Position numbers and translations under genes: made by a program. Of a stretch of 42,268 nt of DNA, positions 21,558 through 33,795 are shown piece after piece. Each line of letters starts with the position of its first letter. Position 1 is the first letter of the stretch. The notes beneath the pieces were generated by a model. That model was not told where the DNA came from. It made no database searches and was given only the letters and a program-made list of their open reading frames with translations. Origin of the DNA: Folioceros fuciformis (taxonomy: Eukaryota); assembly GCA_049999805.1 (NCBI GenBank), contig JBNGIO010005082.1, positions 1 to 42,268 of the forward strand. Direction: 5' to 3'.

Positions 21558-24529
21558 ATGACACAGGTGATGACCTCGGTGCACCCGACTTTGTTAGGGA
21601 CATCCTCGTGGCCGCAGACGCTCTTCCGAGCGCACCTCGCCGGGAGCGATGCAACGGCTGACCTCCCGCTGCTGCGTTTAGAACGGGAGGAACGGAAGCA
21701 TAAGGGGATGGGGAAAGGGAGAGGGAAGCAGCGACGCGGGATGATCGCGGAGGGGCACGGGCAGACGGAGGGTGAAGCCCCAGCGGCCCTCAGGCTGCGG
21801 CAGGAGGAGAGCATTATCGCGCGGCTGCAGCGGCTGCTGCCGCAGGAGGAGGTGGTGCCGGAGCGGGAGCCGTTTGGGGTGGAATGCGTGCACCAGGGGG
21901 AGGGACGGGGGCATGACAACGGGGTGCCGGATTTCGTGAGGTTCTGGGCCAGCGCACAGGGTTTGATGACGCTCATGCTGGGCTTCCTGGCCACGTACAT
22001 TTTCCTGCTGCTGCTCACTGCGCCGCGGAGCTGGAATGTGGGGTCGGATGGGGTGGACGGGGTGCCCGTGGAGCTGAATCCCGGGGTTGTGCTTGCGAGG
22101 ATGATGGGACCGTTGCACTGCTGGGTTTCTGCGCGGTCATGTCCCTTGCTCGGCTTCTTGGCTATGTTTTTGTGCATTGTGGTGGGGGCGTGGGTGAATG
22201 ATGGAAGGGTGTGGAAGCGGGTGCCGTCAACGGCTAAGGGTTGTGTGCATTGTGAGGGTTTGAGGAAGAGCCAGACCATGGTGGAGGAGGCGGATGAGCG
22301 GGCTCAAAAGGCGCAGAGGGCAAAGCAGCAGTTCATGGCGTATGTGTTTCACAACATTCGAGGTACGAAAGGCGTAGTCTTTTGAGGATGTGTTTTGGTT
22401 GCAGGGAGGGTGGGTTAAGACGGGGGCGTGCAGAAGAGGATATGTTTGCTTCTCACGGGGGCTTGACTTGTGTTGTGAGCGTTGGGATTTTGCAGTTCCC
22501 TTCAATGCCATTGTTCTGGGACTCGGCCACATGAGGGCCACGGGCAGTGGAGACGGGAATGTTGGACACGATGCAGACCGGGTGGACCTCCTGCAGATGA
22601 TGCTGGATTGCGCGGAGACCATGACCAGTGTGCTGGACGACGTTACCGACATGGGTGCGTGTGTCTTTACGACGGTTGCGCTGGATGAGAGCTTTGTGGG
22701 TTCGTTTTTGGGAGTTTCCTGCTCACGTTGGTCTGGAATGGCTGTTTGATGTGCAGGGCAATGGGAGGATGGACGCATGGAGTTGACCAATGACGAGTTT
22801 GATCTGCTTGCGGTGATCAAGTTCTTGTCGTGGGGGTTGAGGGACCTGCTTGACCAGAAGCAGATTCGTTTTCAAATGCTCATTGACCCCCTGGCCAGGA
22901 AGTACCTAACAACGCACCATGTGGTTGGAGACAAGCACCGGGTTGTGCAGACTTTGGGTGAGTTGTGCTTCATACAAGTTTCCTTCCCTGGCTTTTGAAG
23001 GGTGCTTACATGAAGTGGAGGTGGTCCAAAGCTGATTGTGTGGTTGTACAAGCTTCTGTCAGGCAATTTCCTCAGCAATGCCATGAAATTCACTCCAGCA
23101 GGCGGTGTAGTGGATTTGAATGTGGAATGCTTGGAGGTCATTGAGGAACAAGACTGGGCAGTGTCGACTTTTGGCCCACCTTTGCTACACGACACTCCAG
23201 CAGTTGGTGAGACGCAACTCGCCGATAGGGTGTCAGGGGTGGCAGGGACGTCCGATCTGCCCTCCCCATCCGGTGCAAGAACGTGTAGACGCAAGGCTGA
23301 ATCCAAGTACAAGGTTGCAAGGCTTCAGTTATCTGTGAAAGACACGGGAATAGGTGTTTTCCTCGTTCCTTTACCCTAGCCTTTATTGCAGTCTGTTTAC
23401 GAGTGTGGTTTTCTAATCTCCTGCATGTAAGCAGGTATATCTCCGGATGATCAGGCCAAGCTGTTCGAGCCGTACTCCTTTGTTACTTCTGGTTGGGTTC
23501 AGAAAGCGGGTGTATCTGGTCTGGGACTCAGTATGGCTAAAAGATTTGTAGAGCAGGTTGGCGGTCAAATTGGTGTGGATTCACAGGTGGGGAGTGGCAG
23601 CACCTTCTACTTCTCAATTCCCTTTCCCCTTATCCCAGTAGACGGGCCTGTAGAGCAATCGATAACATCGACTGGAGCATCTTGCGACAGTGGCGCGAGC
23701 GGGTTGGCTTCCAATGTAGGTAGGAGCAAGTCTTTCGCAGGGCTAGAGGAGGAAGCACGCTTTAAGGAGAACCTTAAAGCGTTCAAGGGCAGGACGTCCA
23801 AGTCAATTAGTTGTAGTCAGCTACTGAGTAGTGGTGTCTCGAGCCGGAAACGGAAAGTCTTGCTTGTGGAGGATACCGCCATCAATAGAGTAAGTATCCA
23901 ATTATCGGAAGGCCGCTCACCGTGCCTACGAGTTGTTGGCCTTCAATTATGCAGCAGGATTTGTGTTGTTGACACGCGTGCATGCTGGCAACATTTCAGA
24001 TAGTGCTTCGGAAGGTGTTGGAGAACCTGAACCTTATAGTGGAGGAAGCTGAGAATGGGAAGATTGCTGTGGACATGGCGCAGCAAGGTAGAACCTATGA
24101 CTTAATCCTGATGGACAAAGAGATGCCAGTAATGGATGGACATGAGGTAATGCTTCAGTCTAATTCTTCAGTCTACCGAAACGCTTAGTGCTTTCGTGTC
24201 TCTACAGCTTCCACGTGCGTGGTCCTTGCCACACACTATGATAATCAATGTCTCTCATCCGCAGGCCACCAGGCAGTTGCGAATGATGGGTGTGAAGACC
24301 CCCATCATAGCATTAACTGGCAACTCGTTACAATCAGACAGAGAGCTGTTTTTGGAGGCTGGTGTGGATGACTTCCAGACGAAGGTCAGTAGCTGGTCCT
24401 TCTGTCCTCCTTTTCCTCTTCCGTGTAGAAAAAGCCAGTGTGTGATCCCTTTCTGTCATGCAGCCTTTGTCGAGAGACAAACTTGTGCAACTTCTTGCAA
24501 GATACGGAGTCGAGAGCTCCTGTCCATAG
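21558..24529 (+). CDS. Hybrid sensor histidine kinase (2 TM, HisKA, HATPase_c, receiver); exons 21558?-22362, 22496-22654, 22757-22957, 23063-23353, 23435-23889, 24000-24146, 24265-24384, 24464-24529
   Basis: H-box FMAYVFHNIRVPFNA, N-box NFLSNAMKFT, G1 VKDTGIGI, F-box LFEPY, G2 SGLGLS and GSGSTFYF. Receiver LLVED, DLILMDKEMPVMDG, IIALTG, TKP. All seven introns are GT-AG and in frame. The start codon is uncertain (first in-frame ATG used). Confidence 0.9.
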
Positions 24530-25802
24530 AGCGCATCTAACTGTACCATAGACTGGACGACGGCATCGAATACTGATGATATTTAGGGAAGACGCCAACA
24601 GGGTGGAACGCCAAAGGGTGCACTGCAGACAAGCTGTCCACGCTAACGTTGGGGTAGGCTTAACTTTAGTCGGCTCCCTCCATTGACCTCTTTTTTTTTT
24701 TTACCACCACTGATGCCCACGTTGGGATTGGACATAATCCTGTGAAATGGTTGGAAACATCCCTGGGTCACCTATTCTTTCTCTTGGCATCCCACACCGA
24801 CTCTTGTGGATCTGTGTCAATGATTTATTTTGTTCCCTTTTTGCATGGGAAGGTCCCCTTTCTGATGTGTAAATACAGGACGCTTTTACTCTAGCTGCCA
24901 CCCTTTGGATTTGCTTCCGCATCCCGACGTGAACGGGTCTTCCCCCACGCCGCCAATCTTTAAATGCAGCTATAACAGCATCAATTATTATCGTCACAAA
25001 GAAACCCTTTTTACACGGCATAGAGAGCTGGGCTCTGCAATCTCTTTCTTCTCTGTTTGCTCTGCACTCATTTGAAAAGATTACGCTCTTTTCCCCCCTT
25101 TCTCTGAGAGTCTGCGACCCGAATGCAGGAGAGGAGACTCGAGGATTGAAATTCCTGGCGTGACCAATCCGACCAGCCTCGCATAGCGCCATGCCGTGTT
25201 GTTTGCTTGCGCTATCTTTCAATTAGCGGAGTGACTTGCCCCGGGTGCGGAGCACCATCGGGTGCTTTGGCATTGGTGGCTGCCGCAATCTCTAGTTGGC
25301 TTGTTCGCAGCAAGAGATTGTGTCTGATGTCGGCCGTGGGATGCGTGCCAGCTACCGGATTTGGCTCATATAGATTGACGACAAGTGTTTCAGTTCTTCG
25401 TTGCCGCAAAGTCGGCGCCGGATCTGTTAGGCCAGTGAAGGTTTCAGGTGGGGCGGAGTTCGTTGAATACGTGGAAAGGTGTAGGTCATGAGCTTTGTAG
25501 TTCACCACATTCCCTGTTCAGTGTCATAGGATTGGAGCATTGCGCGGTGTATGGTCGTGCCGGAGTAGCGAGGATCTGGAATCAGCTTGTCGGTGAACGC
25601 GTTGGTCGGGAAGAGGATATCAGTCCCGTAGCAAACCGTTTTGGCATCGAAGGTGGAGAAACAAATACGGGGTTGCAACATCTTTCTGCAGTGAAAGGAT
25701 TTGGGCCTGCTCAGTTCTTTGGGAAGCTGACTGCACCTCAGGTAGCAGCTTGCAGTCCGGTGTTTGCGATTCTCGACCTAATTCGGAAGACTGTTTGCAG
25801 CT

Positions 25803-27705
25803 ATGGAGTGGCTCTGTCCAATCTGTACTTACATCAACCCGGGACGTGCGTTGGAATGTGAGGTGTGTGCACAACCATTTGACGCAAATGATGGCATGCC
25901 AGGCGTGAATAGAGCGGATGGGAACAATCCAATGGAAGCTGAGTGGAGTTGTGGGGTTTGCACGTTTCTGAATAGTGCGAATTGGCTTCTATGTGAGATG
26001 TGTGGTCAAGGGGAAAAACCTGTAGCTGGAAATCTTGGTGGGGTCACACGATCAGTGGGGACCTTTCGGCCCCTTAGGGTGCCGCTAGCTGGCCAACGTA
26101 CGGATGTCGCTCGTGTCAATACTGGGGACCAAACCCCGAACGAAGACTTGGAAGCGGTCCGCAGTGGTGCAGGATCTCTTCACTCTCAGGAACACGTGGA
26201 TGTGGAACAGGCTTCAGCCCAGGTCTCCGTGGAAACATCTGCTCCTGTGGAACCAGTTGCGGAGACGCCCCTAGTTGTCTCGCACAAGCGCCAGCGAGAG
26301 AGTGGAGACGCTGAGCCACCTGTTTCGAATTCCCTTCTGAGGAGATTACACGAGGAAAGGATGTGCAGAAGTAAGAGAGCCGAGTCACGTGGTAGTCTTT
26401 CTGCTAGCAACTATCTGCAAAGCTGACTTGTAGAGCTTCTCAGACTGCATGCTGTTGACAGAGGTTTTGAACGCTAAGAGCAATTGGAATTGTGAGATTA
26501 GTGAAATCGTTTTTGGTCTACCGTTTCTAAGTTTGCCTCGTGCAGGAATCAATCGTGGCGAAAACTCCTTGGCCAGTAAGGAGGAGCAGCCGAAAGGTTC
26601 GAGTGCGACAGAAGCATCTCAAAAACCTTCTCCACTTGCCATCATGTTTTACAACGTTTGGTTCCGTGAGGATGTTGAGCTACTGGGCCGTATGGCAGCC
26701 ATAGGTAGACTCATTGAAGAGTATGAACCTCATGTGATATGTTTTCAGGTGAGACCTGGACCCGTGGTTGTCTAGCACTACAGTGCGAAATTCCACACAG
26801 ATTTAAGAACACAGGTTCTTCGCTCTTTTGGCCTGCAGGAAGTTACTCCCAACATCTATGACATCTTTCAAAAGTCAGGCTGGTGGAAGCAGTATCGAAG
26901 CTCAGTGGCACCTCAACTGGCATCTTCGCGACCATACTTCGCAATGCAGGTTGAACGTGGTGTCCTTTGCTGGTTGTGGCGTGGCTGTGAACTGCCTCCC
27001 TGACTCCCATGAACATGACTGTGCAGCTCGGAAGATTGCCCGTGAAATCTTTTCGACGTAGCCCATTCAGCAACTCTGTCATGGGCAGGGAACTTTGTCT
27101 AGCTGATATCGAAGTAGGTACGGGGAAGAATATTGTAGTGGCAACAACACATTTGGAAAGCCCTTGTCCAGCCCCACCGTCGTGGAATCAGATGTACAGC
27201 AAGGAGCGTGTTCAGCAAGCCTCGGAAGCACTGAATTCTTTGAAGGACGTTCCAAATGTTGTCTTTGGAGGAGATATGAATTGGAATGACAAACTCGATG
27301 GTGAACCGCCTCTTCCTAGTGGTTGGATTGATGCATGGCTCCAGCTCAAGCCTAGAGAGGTAGCCATCCGTTTGTCTTTAATGCGTCAGCTGCCTGTCTA
27401 GTTATCCCTTTGACACTACTCATCCTCTTTCGCATTCTGCTGATTGTTTGCAGCCGGGCCTCACCTATGACAGCAAAGCCAATCCCATGTTGAAAGGTAG
27501 CCGTCACCAGTCGCGGTTGGACCGAGTTTTCTGTCACCTGGAGGACTTCGATGTGGAAAGCATTGAGATGATTGGGTCACAGCCTATTCCTGGCGTCACT
27601 TTCCAGAAGAATCAGAGGGTAGGGAAGCAGTCCCAGATGGTCACGCTGCCCGTGCTCCCAAGTGATCATTTTGGCCTACTTCTCAAAATTCGTCAAAAAT
27701 TATAA
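25803..27705 (+). CDS. TDP2: Tyrosyl-DNA phosphodiesterase 2-like EEP nuclease with two RanBP2-type zinc fingers; exons 25803-26370 (or 26391), 26546-26748, 26839-26949, 27027-27359, 27454-27705
   Basis: W-x-C-x2-C-T-x2-N-x6-C-x2-C twice. EEP motifs YNVWF, ICFQEVT, TTHLES, GGDMNW, RLDR, PSDHFG. Frame-preserving GT-AG introns; the first donor is ambiguous. Confidence 0.88.
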
Positions 27706-28621
27706 GATTCTCGTTGAATGCATCTATCTAACGCCAAGACACGGTCTTCATTCCCCTAGTGATGCGTGTACGGTGCTAAATTATCAATGGACACGTGTAG
27801 CCGTGTCGAGCTTTCGTGGAGCTAAATTTTAAGGAGCCGTGTCGAGCTTTTGTGCGTCTGTCCCAGACACGTGTCACAGCGAACGTCGACTTTAACCTTC
27901 CTCGTTCCGGAAGGAGCACACGATTTACCGCCACAGAAAACTTTTAACTTCACTTCAATTCGAGGTACACAACATGTTGCCACGGCTGGCTAATGGTTAT
28001 ACGCAAACTGCTACAAGCCGACTTCGCACAAACCTAGATGGAGCTCGACATTCCTGACACTGCGCTTGTCAGCATATCACATCACAATATAGATATTTGC
28101 TCCACCGTGACCAAAAGCACTTCTCAGAAATCCATCTCGCCTCATGCCAGTGTCAGCAAAGAGCGCAGGGACCTCCTGTCAAAGAATAGACCCCTTCTTC
28201 GTGAAGGTCAAAGTAGTAGATATCGTTCTGGACTTATTCCGTCACCTCAGCTGTTCCCTAGTGTGCGTCTTGGGTAAAGTCTGCAAGCAAAGGGTACACT
28301 CCAAACCAATTGCCATCCTCTTCGCCTCTCCTCTGCCAGTGCGCCTGAACGAAACAAAATATCGAAAACACAACCTAGTGCCTCCGTCAGCTTACGTATA
28401 GAACCACACAACAAACCACCAGAAAACCTGGTATCAATATGGAGGCCGAATAAACGGCCTCTGCATCACCTCCTTGGCATGGTGCATGACCAGACATCCA
28501 GGCTTCAGTACAATACTTCTTCAAAAGAGTCGAACGGCACGGTTACCATGTGAATATCTCTCCAAGTAGGTGAACGACAAGAATAAGTAAGTAGCAAACC
28601 CTGTAAGCTAGCAGCCCTGTT

Positions 28622-29284
28622 CTAAGCACGACAAGACGGTAGTGTCAACCCGCCACAGAAAAAGGAAACGATGATGTACACCAAGACGATGATGAGGCAA
28701 GTCAATGAAGCCAGGAGCTTAGTATTTTGCAACCACAGCGACTGCCGAAGACGGCGGGACTGCTTCTGAAACCTAAAACTGTTGTCCTGTATCGTAGCAG
28801 TTTTGTCCACTAGTAGTTCAATCCTGTCCCCTCGTTCCAAAACCTTGTCAATGTTCTCAACCATCACCTTGTGCACCTCGGCCATCTCTCCCTTCACCCT
28901 GGTGATGGTGTCGGCATTGGGGTTATTCGAGTAGTATTCCATCTGCTGGTTCAAACTCCTGGAAAACTCATCGTTCATTGCATACGGCAGAGCAGTGGAG
29001 GCCACTCTCCCATATGCCTTCATAAATCTGCCATGAATGTCCTCCAGAAAAGCGAACGGAATCCTCCTCCCCATGGTCTCGTCCGCCATACACAGGAAAG
29101 CCAGCCCGTCTGCCTTCATGATGTGGAAAATATGGCGGTCCTGGGAGTAGGAAGCCCGCGTCTCCGGGACCGCTGGCACCCTCTCCAAAATTCGCCGCGC
29201 AATGGTCCCCGCGTTGCTGGATGCAGCGCTGAACTCCGCCAGCACCAAGGTACCCCTGGCTACCAGAGCGTACAAAATCGCCAT
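28622..29284 (-). CDS. VAMP71: VAMP71-type longin R-SNARE (VAMP714-like), intronless CDS
   Basis: MAILYALVARG..VLAEF longin start, GRRIPFAFLEDIH, AMNDEFSR, SNARE motif VMVENIDKVLERGDRIELLVDKT, C-terminal TM and CGGLTLPSC. Confidence 0.95.
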   Translation of the reverse strand: MAILYALVARGTLVLAEFSAASSNAGTIARRILERVPAVPETRASYSQDRHIFHIMKADGLAFLCMADETMGRRIPFAFLEDIHGRFMKAYGRVASTALPYAMNDEFSRSLNQQMEYYSNNPNADTITRVKGEMAEVHKVMVENIDKVLERGDRIELLVDKTATIQDNSFRFQKQSRRLRQSLWLQNTKLLASLTCLIIVLVYIIVSFFCGGLTLPSCRA

Positions 29285-29658
29285 GGCTCCCGTTCCCCCG
29301 AGAGCGAGTCGCCAGTGAGATCGTGAGAGCGGGCGAGATGCAGAGGAAATCCGCTCCCAATTCAAACCTCGACCTTCACGATCCGGCTGGCGGGAATTGT
29401 GTTTGTGCCCGGGCTTCCGCGCTCAGATCTCCATCCGTCCCGCCGCGCGAACCTCGCTATTACCCCTCCGGAGTAAGAAGCCAAGCCTGTTACACAGTCT
29501 ACTAATATATACTGGAGATGGTCTAACATTGCTTTGGATAGCACGGCTAAACGCGAAACGGTAAACTGGAGTACGGCCAGTTGTTGAACTTGCAAGGCAC
29601 AGTTGTCTGGCCAGGCTCCAATTTGAGCTTCACACCATCGAGATCCAGGAAGCAGGCC

Positions 29659-31531
29659 ATGAGCAGGCTGTCATCGCTGAAAGCCTCCGGCGTGGTTGCA
29701 GCTGGATTTGAGGTCGAGGGAAATGGCGGGTGCTGCCGGTCTTGGTGCATCCGGACATCATCGGTGGAGTATTCTGAGGCTCGGACGTCGGGGAGGGCCG
29801 TGGAGGTCTGCAATTTCTGTTGCTGCGGACATCTTGTGGCTTTGGTTAGGGAGTGTGTCTTATTTTTGACGATTCCAGGTGGATGGAGAGTTGTGTGTGC
29901 AAGGTGTGAGAACCTATGATTTCCATTCTGCAGAAGCATCGTTTGAGAAGCTGGAGAAGCCATATCCCGGAGTGAGGGTTTTATCCTCAGGTGACCGGAT
30001 TTCAGCTTCTTTGGTTACGGGACAGAGAATTTTTTGGATGGTTTGTGTTTGTTTTTGTTTTAGGAGTTAAATGTGCGTTGGTTCTGGGTGTAGGTAAGCT
30101 GCATGTTGAAGATCTGGAGCGAGGTCTGAGGTTCAGCTGCGGGCAGTTTGTGAGTGATTGGTGGTGCCCTCGTTTTGTGCGTGTTTAGGAAGGTTGGATT
30201 GGTTTAATTTGGGGTGGTGTATTGTTTTGCTCGTTGCCAGACGTGGTTGCCAGGACTACAGAGTCTGAGCCTGGGTGGAAATGTAACTACTGTCATTCGT
30301 AATGAGCTGGAACTCACTTGCCCCAAGTTGAATATGTCGGGTTCAGAGAGCTTTGACAGTTTGGAGGACACAGTTGCGTATGTCTGTGATCACCGTCGCA
30401 CAGGAGATTTGGAAACAGCGTCTGTTGGAAATTCAGCATTCGTTCATGGTCCCTGTCAAGGCTGGGTTAAGGTCCCGGCTGCATCATTCAAGGACCTAAG
30501 TTTAGCCCGTCCAGAGGTTGCAGCTGGCAAGCAGCAAATCAGGAAGGACGACCCTGGATTGAAGGATAGTGTTGGCGGCACTGAGAACCTTGGCATTACA
30601 TTTTCTGCTCAAGGAATTTTGTTCGACATAGAGCACCAAGCAGTGATGGCACAAGGACCTCTGAAAATATCCTGCCGCCTGAAGGGCTTGGAGGTAGTTT
30701 TATTTTATCTCCTGACCTGCTTTTGAATGAAAGTGAAGAGGTGTCCTATGCTACATAGCGGGGAATCTGGTCCCGTTAGTCCATGACTATATTCCATTCT
30801 TGCAGATAAGCGCAGGTGCAGGGGACCTCTTGCTGAATGAAGGAATTTTGGCTTTGCACGAGGGAGTATCAGTTACACTACAAGAACGTGAACTGAATAC
30901 TCCCAGACTCACCTGGTACTTTGGTAGGGTTGGGAATCCCCATGGCAACATCTTTGCACAAGATTCCAAACGAGGGGACTGGCATTCACGCATGCCACAG
31001 AAGTCACGCGACCTGGCTGTCGGGGAACGTAAATTAGCCCACCAACCAGCGGCCATAAATCTTGCTAAAGAAGACATGGTGGCGCGTTTTACGGCAATCG
31101 TGAGAGGGATGCGTACCAGTGGTCCGTGTCTTGGGAAGCAGTTGAAAATCATGCCGTTTTGCAGATGCACCCGCAGAATTTCTGCAGGAGACATCTCTGC
31201 TCCGACACTCCTCACTAGCAGGCCTCGCAAGCATCACATTCTTAGGGCTGTAACCAGGAATCTCTGCACCAGGGCAGTGTCCTTCGACTCCTCGGGCTTC
31301 CACATTCATCTGTCCCAGCTGCTGCAACTCACACGAGAAGACCTCGCGTTGATGGACATCGCTGTTCCTGTTTCGCGCAGTGGCACAGCCTCATCGCAGG
31401 TGAGGGAGCGAAATGTTTACCCTCTTCTTGCTGCTAGAGAGGAACAAGGAATGGACATCGTGACGGACACGAACAATGTCGTACTTGTAGAAGGTCCCTT
31501 CCGCCTTCTGCTGGCAAAAGAGCGAAGGTGA
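29659..31531 (+). CDS. Predicted 497-aa protein resembling cyanobacterial LptC (beta-jellyroll lipid-transport protein); exons 29659-29805, 29879-29990, 30094-30149, 30241-30693, 30806-31531
   Basis: Four GT-AG introns (phases 0,1,0,0) join five separate ORF pieces into one stop-free frame with repeated beta-strand-like motifs: WCIRTSSVEYS, VDGELCVQG, GKLHVEDLERGLRFSCGQFTW, GITFSAQGILFDIEHQAVMAQGPLKIS, ISAGAGDLLLNEGILALHEGV, LNTPRLTW. The gene model is better supported than the family call, which is from memory. Confidence 0.6.
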
Positions 31532-31787
31532 CGACTTGTCAGATTGGTCTCGTGGTATGTCACAAAAACTCGTATCTTTATTTGTACCTTGTCTATGAGA
31601 CACAAAAAATAGCACATAAAAGGAAGCTGATTGTCTGCTACTTTCAGTAAGAAGCCTCCGGATTGATATATGGAGGCCCACAAAGGCACAAAGTTATACA
31701 CTTCCACGATGTATCAAATCAAAGTCCGTTATGGAACATATGGCCTGACACAGAAACGCTGGTTGCCCTGGACTCGGTTTGTTGAGC

Positions 31788-32132
31788 CTAACTGTGTAAC
31801 TGAGGAATATAACAGCCCGGAACGGGAACTGTGAAACCCCCGTAAAGGCAGGCTAAGATGAGGTCGGCTAAGCCGCCAGAGAGAGGGTAAGCTCCGGGGT
31901 TGGGAGTACGACACCAGCAATAGTAGGCAGCACTTATTCCCGCGCCACAGCACTCTCGCAAGTATTCCGGGCGTCCGCTGTAATCAAAATTTGCGCATTC
32001 CTGATTGTTTGGTTCGTTGACGAGACACTCAGTGGGGACATTGTCATAGGCCAGCGCTCCACGAGCCGCCCCTGCCACCATCAACACAGCTGCCAGAGCT
32101 GTCCATGCAGCCAACCTTAGGTCAGGAGACAT
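31788..32132 (-). CDS. Small secreted 8-cysteine-motif protein (nsLTP/prolamin superfamily), copy A
   Basis: Signal peptide MSPDLRLAAWTALAAVLMVAG; pattern C..C..CC..CWC..C..C. Confidence 0.85.
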   Translation of the reverse strand: MSPDLRLAAWTALAAVLMVAGAARGALAYDNVPTECLVNEPNNQECANFDYSGRPEYLRECCGAGISAAYYCWCRTPNPGAYPLSGGLADLILACLYGGFTVPVPGCYIPQLHS

Positions 32133-32331
32133 CGCAAGATCCAACCAAGACTGTGCGTCAAGGAGAAGAAGAAGAAGACGAAGAAGAAGAAGAAGAAGAG
32201 GTTTCCTCTAGTCCAGTGAAGGGCGGATGAGGGAATGCAGGCCTTCGTGACGCTGGTAGGCCAGTGCATACCGGGGTGGAACATATACGCCGGCGAGGTG
32301 CCGGACATGAGGTTGGTGATTGTTGCTCCTC

Positions 32332-32515
32332 ATCTGTTGAACAACTCACACTTTCGGCGTGTGATCTCTACTTCGCCTTCCACGGCCGTCACAGATGGTA
32401 CCACTGTTACCTTCTGACCTAGGGGATGCTGGGTAGCTCAAATTCGTGCCACTCCGTCCCTGTCGACAGGCAATCCATGCGGTTCATGGTGCTACGGCCT
32501 GGAAACCTTCCACTA
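32332..32515 (-). promoter_or_regulatory. Conserved upstream block of the 8-Cys genes (also at about 34290-34475 and 36138-36320)
   Basis: Colinear motifs tctgttgaacaactca, cggcgtga, ccttctga, agctcaaattc..ccactccgt and catgcg..tcat..gctacggcctg lie 5' of all three copies, with minor variation. Confidence 0.7.
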
Positions 32516-33104
32516 AGAGCTAGCTGGCACCGGAATGGCATGTTAGCACCGACGATGAACGCACCACAAGAGTTGAACAGGCTGTGTGGCTAGCCTAGTC
32601 ATTCCCGTACGCCTGGTCCTGGTTCTGCTCCATTGAAGTCCTTCCTACCGTAGGACGCCGATCAGCATCGAGGGACGGTGAAGTGTAGAAGTGTTTCCTC
32701 ATTTTCTAGGATACCGATTCGCAAATTTTGACGATGCCATGAAGTACTTGCTGTTGAAGGTTTGTGCGAGAATGTGGCCGACACACCAGACGAGCCAGGT
32801 TTATCTGATTTACCTACGCGGATTACTCCTGGGGAGTTTGTTTGCTGCAAACAAAAGTTCTGACGAGTGCTACCAAGCTCTACTCACCGTAGTGAGGTCA
32901 CGAACGTACATTGGCAGAGAGTCATGTACTTTCTTACCTGCATTCGGAGCAGCATCAACAGAGGCCCCAACAAAGACGGCTCTAAGCTTTGCCGCTGGAG
33001 ATCCTACTAAGTGTAGATGCCTTTCACTTTCCATGAGTGATCACCAATCCGGCAGCCATTGATGCAACAGACGATGAAGCACCTTGGTCTCTGCTAGAGA
33101 AGAA

Positions 33105-33273
33105 TGTCGAAGGGGCCCGAGGGAGTTGACAGGATATGGAAATGTGCTTGCTGATAGCAGAGTGTGTCGAAGGGGCCCGAGGGAGTTGGACAGGATATGG
33201 AAATGTGCTTGAGGGGCCCGAGGGAGTTGGACAGGATATGGAAATGTGCTTGCTGATAGCAGAGTGTGATGCT
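33105..33273. repeat. Tandem repeat with a 60-bp unit (about 2.7 copies); a single diverged copy at about 34908-34963
   Basis: aggggcccgagggagttg(g)acaggatatggaaatgtgcttg occurs three times; copies 1 and 3 are followed by ctgatagcagagtgtg. Confidence 0.9.
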
Positions 33274-33795
33274 GACGGATGTTTTGAGGATGTGACACAT
33301 GTGAAAAGAGACATCTGTGCCAGAAAAGCCTGCGCACTCAATAGAGACAAGACATGATATAAATATTAATATATTTATTCAATAGTTGTATAATCATAAT
33401 GAACATCCTGTGTTACAAGCTTCACAGGGCTTGCAATGGACGCTTGCGGAGGCTTGCGTGGCTCGGAGTTAACGAACGCAATTAGAGGAGATGCGATTTG
33501 CATTCTGAAGCTTGGACATGTTGACCGACCCGCTGAAGGTTTTCTCCAACTGGCCGACGTAGGAAATCGAAATGGTATCACCGTGGGGAGCTGCTCGGCG
33601 GCTGTGACAGCGTGCTGGAGATGAAGGGGAATCGGAGAGATGGAGGCGTTCAAAGTTCAACAGTTTGATGCTTTCTCTTATGTATTTATGCTTCAAACAT
33701 ACACAGACATAGGTAGTGTACTACCAGAGGCTTGTCGACTCTCAGCGGCAAGCTCTACATGTGCGTGCCATAGCCATTGCGCACCAGGCGACAAA

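Noticed and set aside
21041-22279. 412-aa minus-strand ORF
   Set aside because: Antisense shadow of the GC-rich first exon of the histidine kinase.
25803-26010. RanBP2 zinc fingers fused to TDP2 as a novel architecture
   Set aside because: Already known for plant TDP2-like proteins.
28038-28401. ORFs between TDP2 and VAMP71
   Set aside because: Likely 3' UTR or intergenic sequence; the minus-strand frames contain stops.
33105-33273. Repeat array as a CRISPR
   Set aside because: No unique spacers and a eukaryotic context; it is a simple minisatellite.
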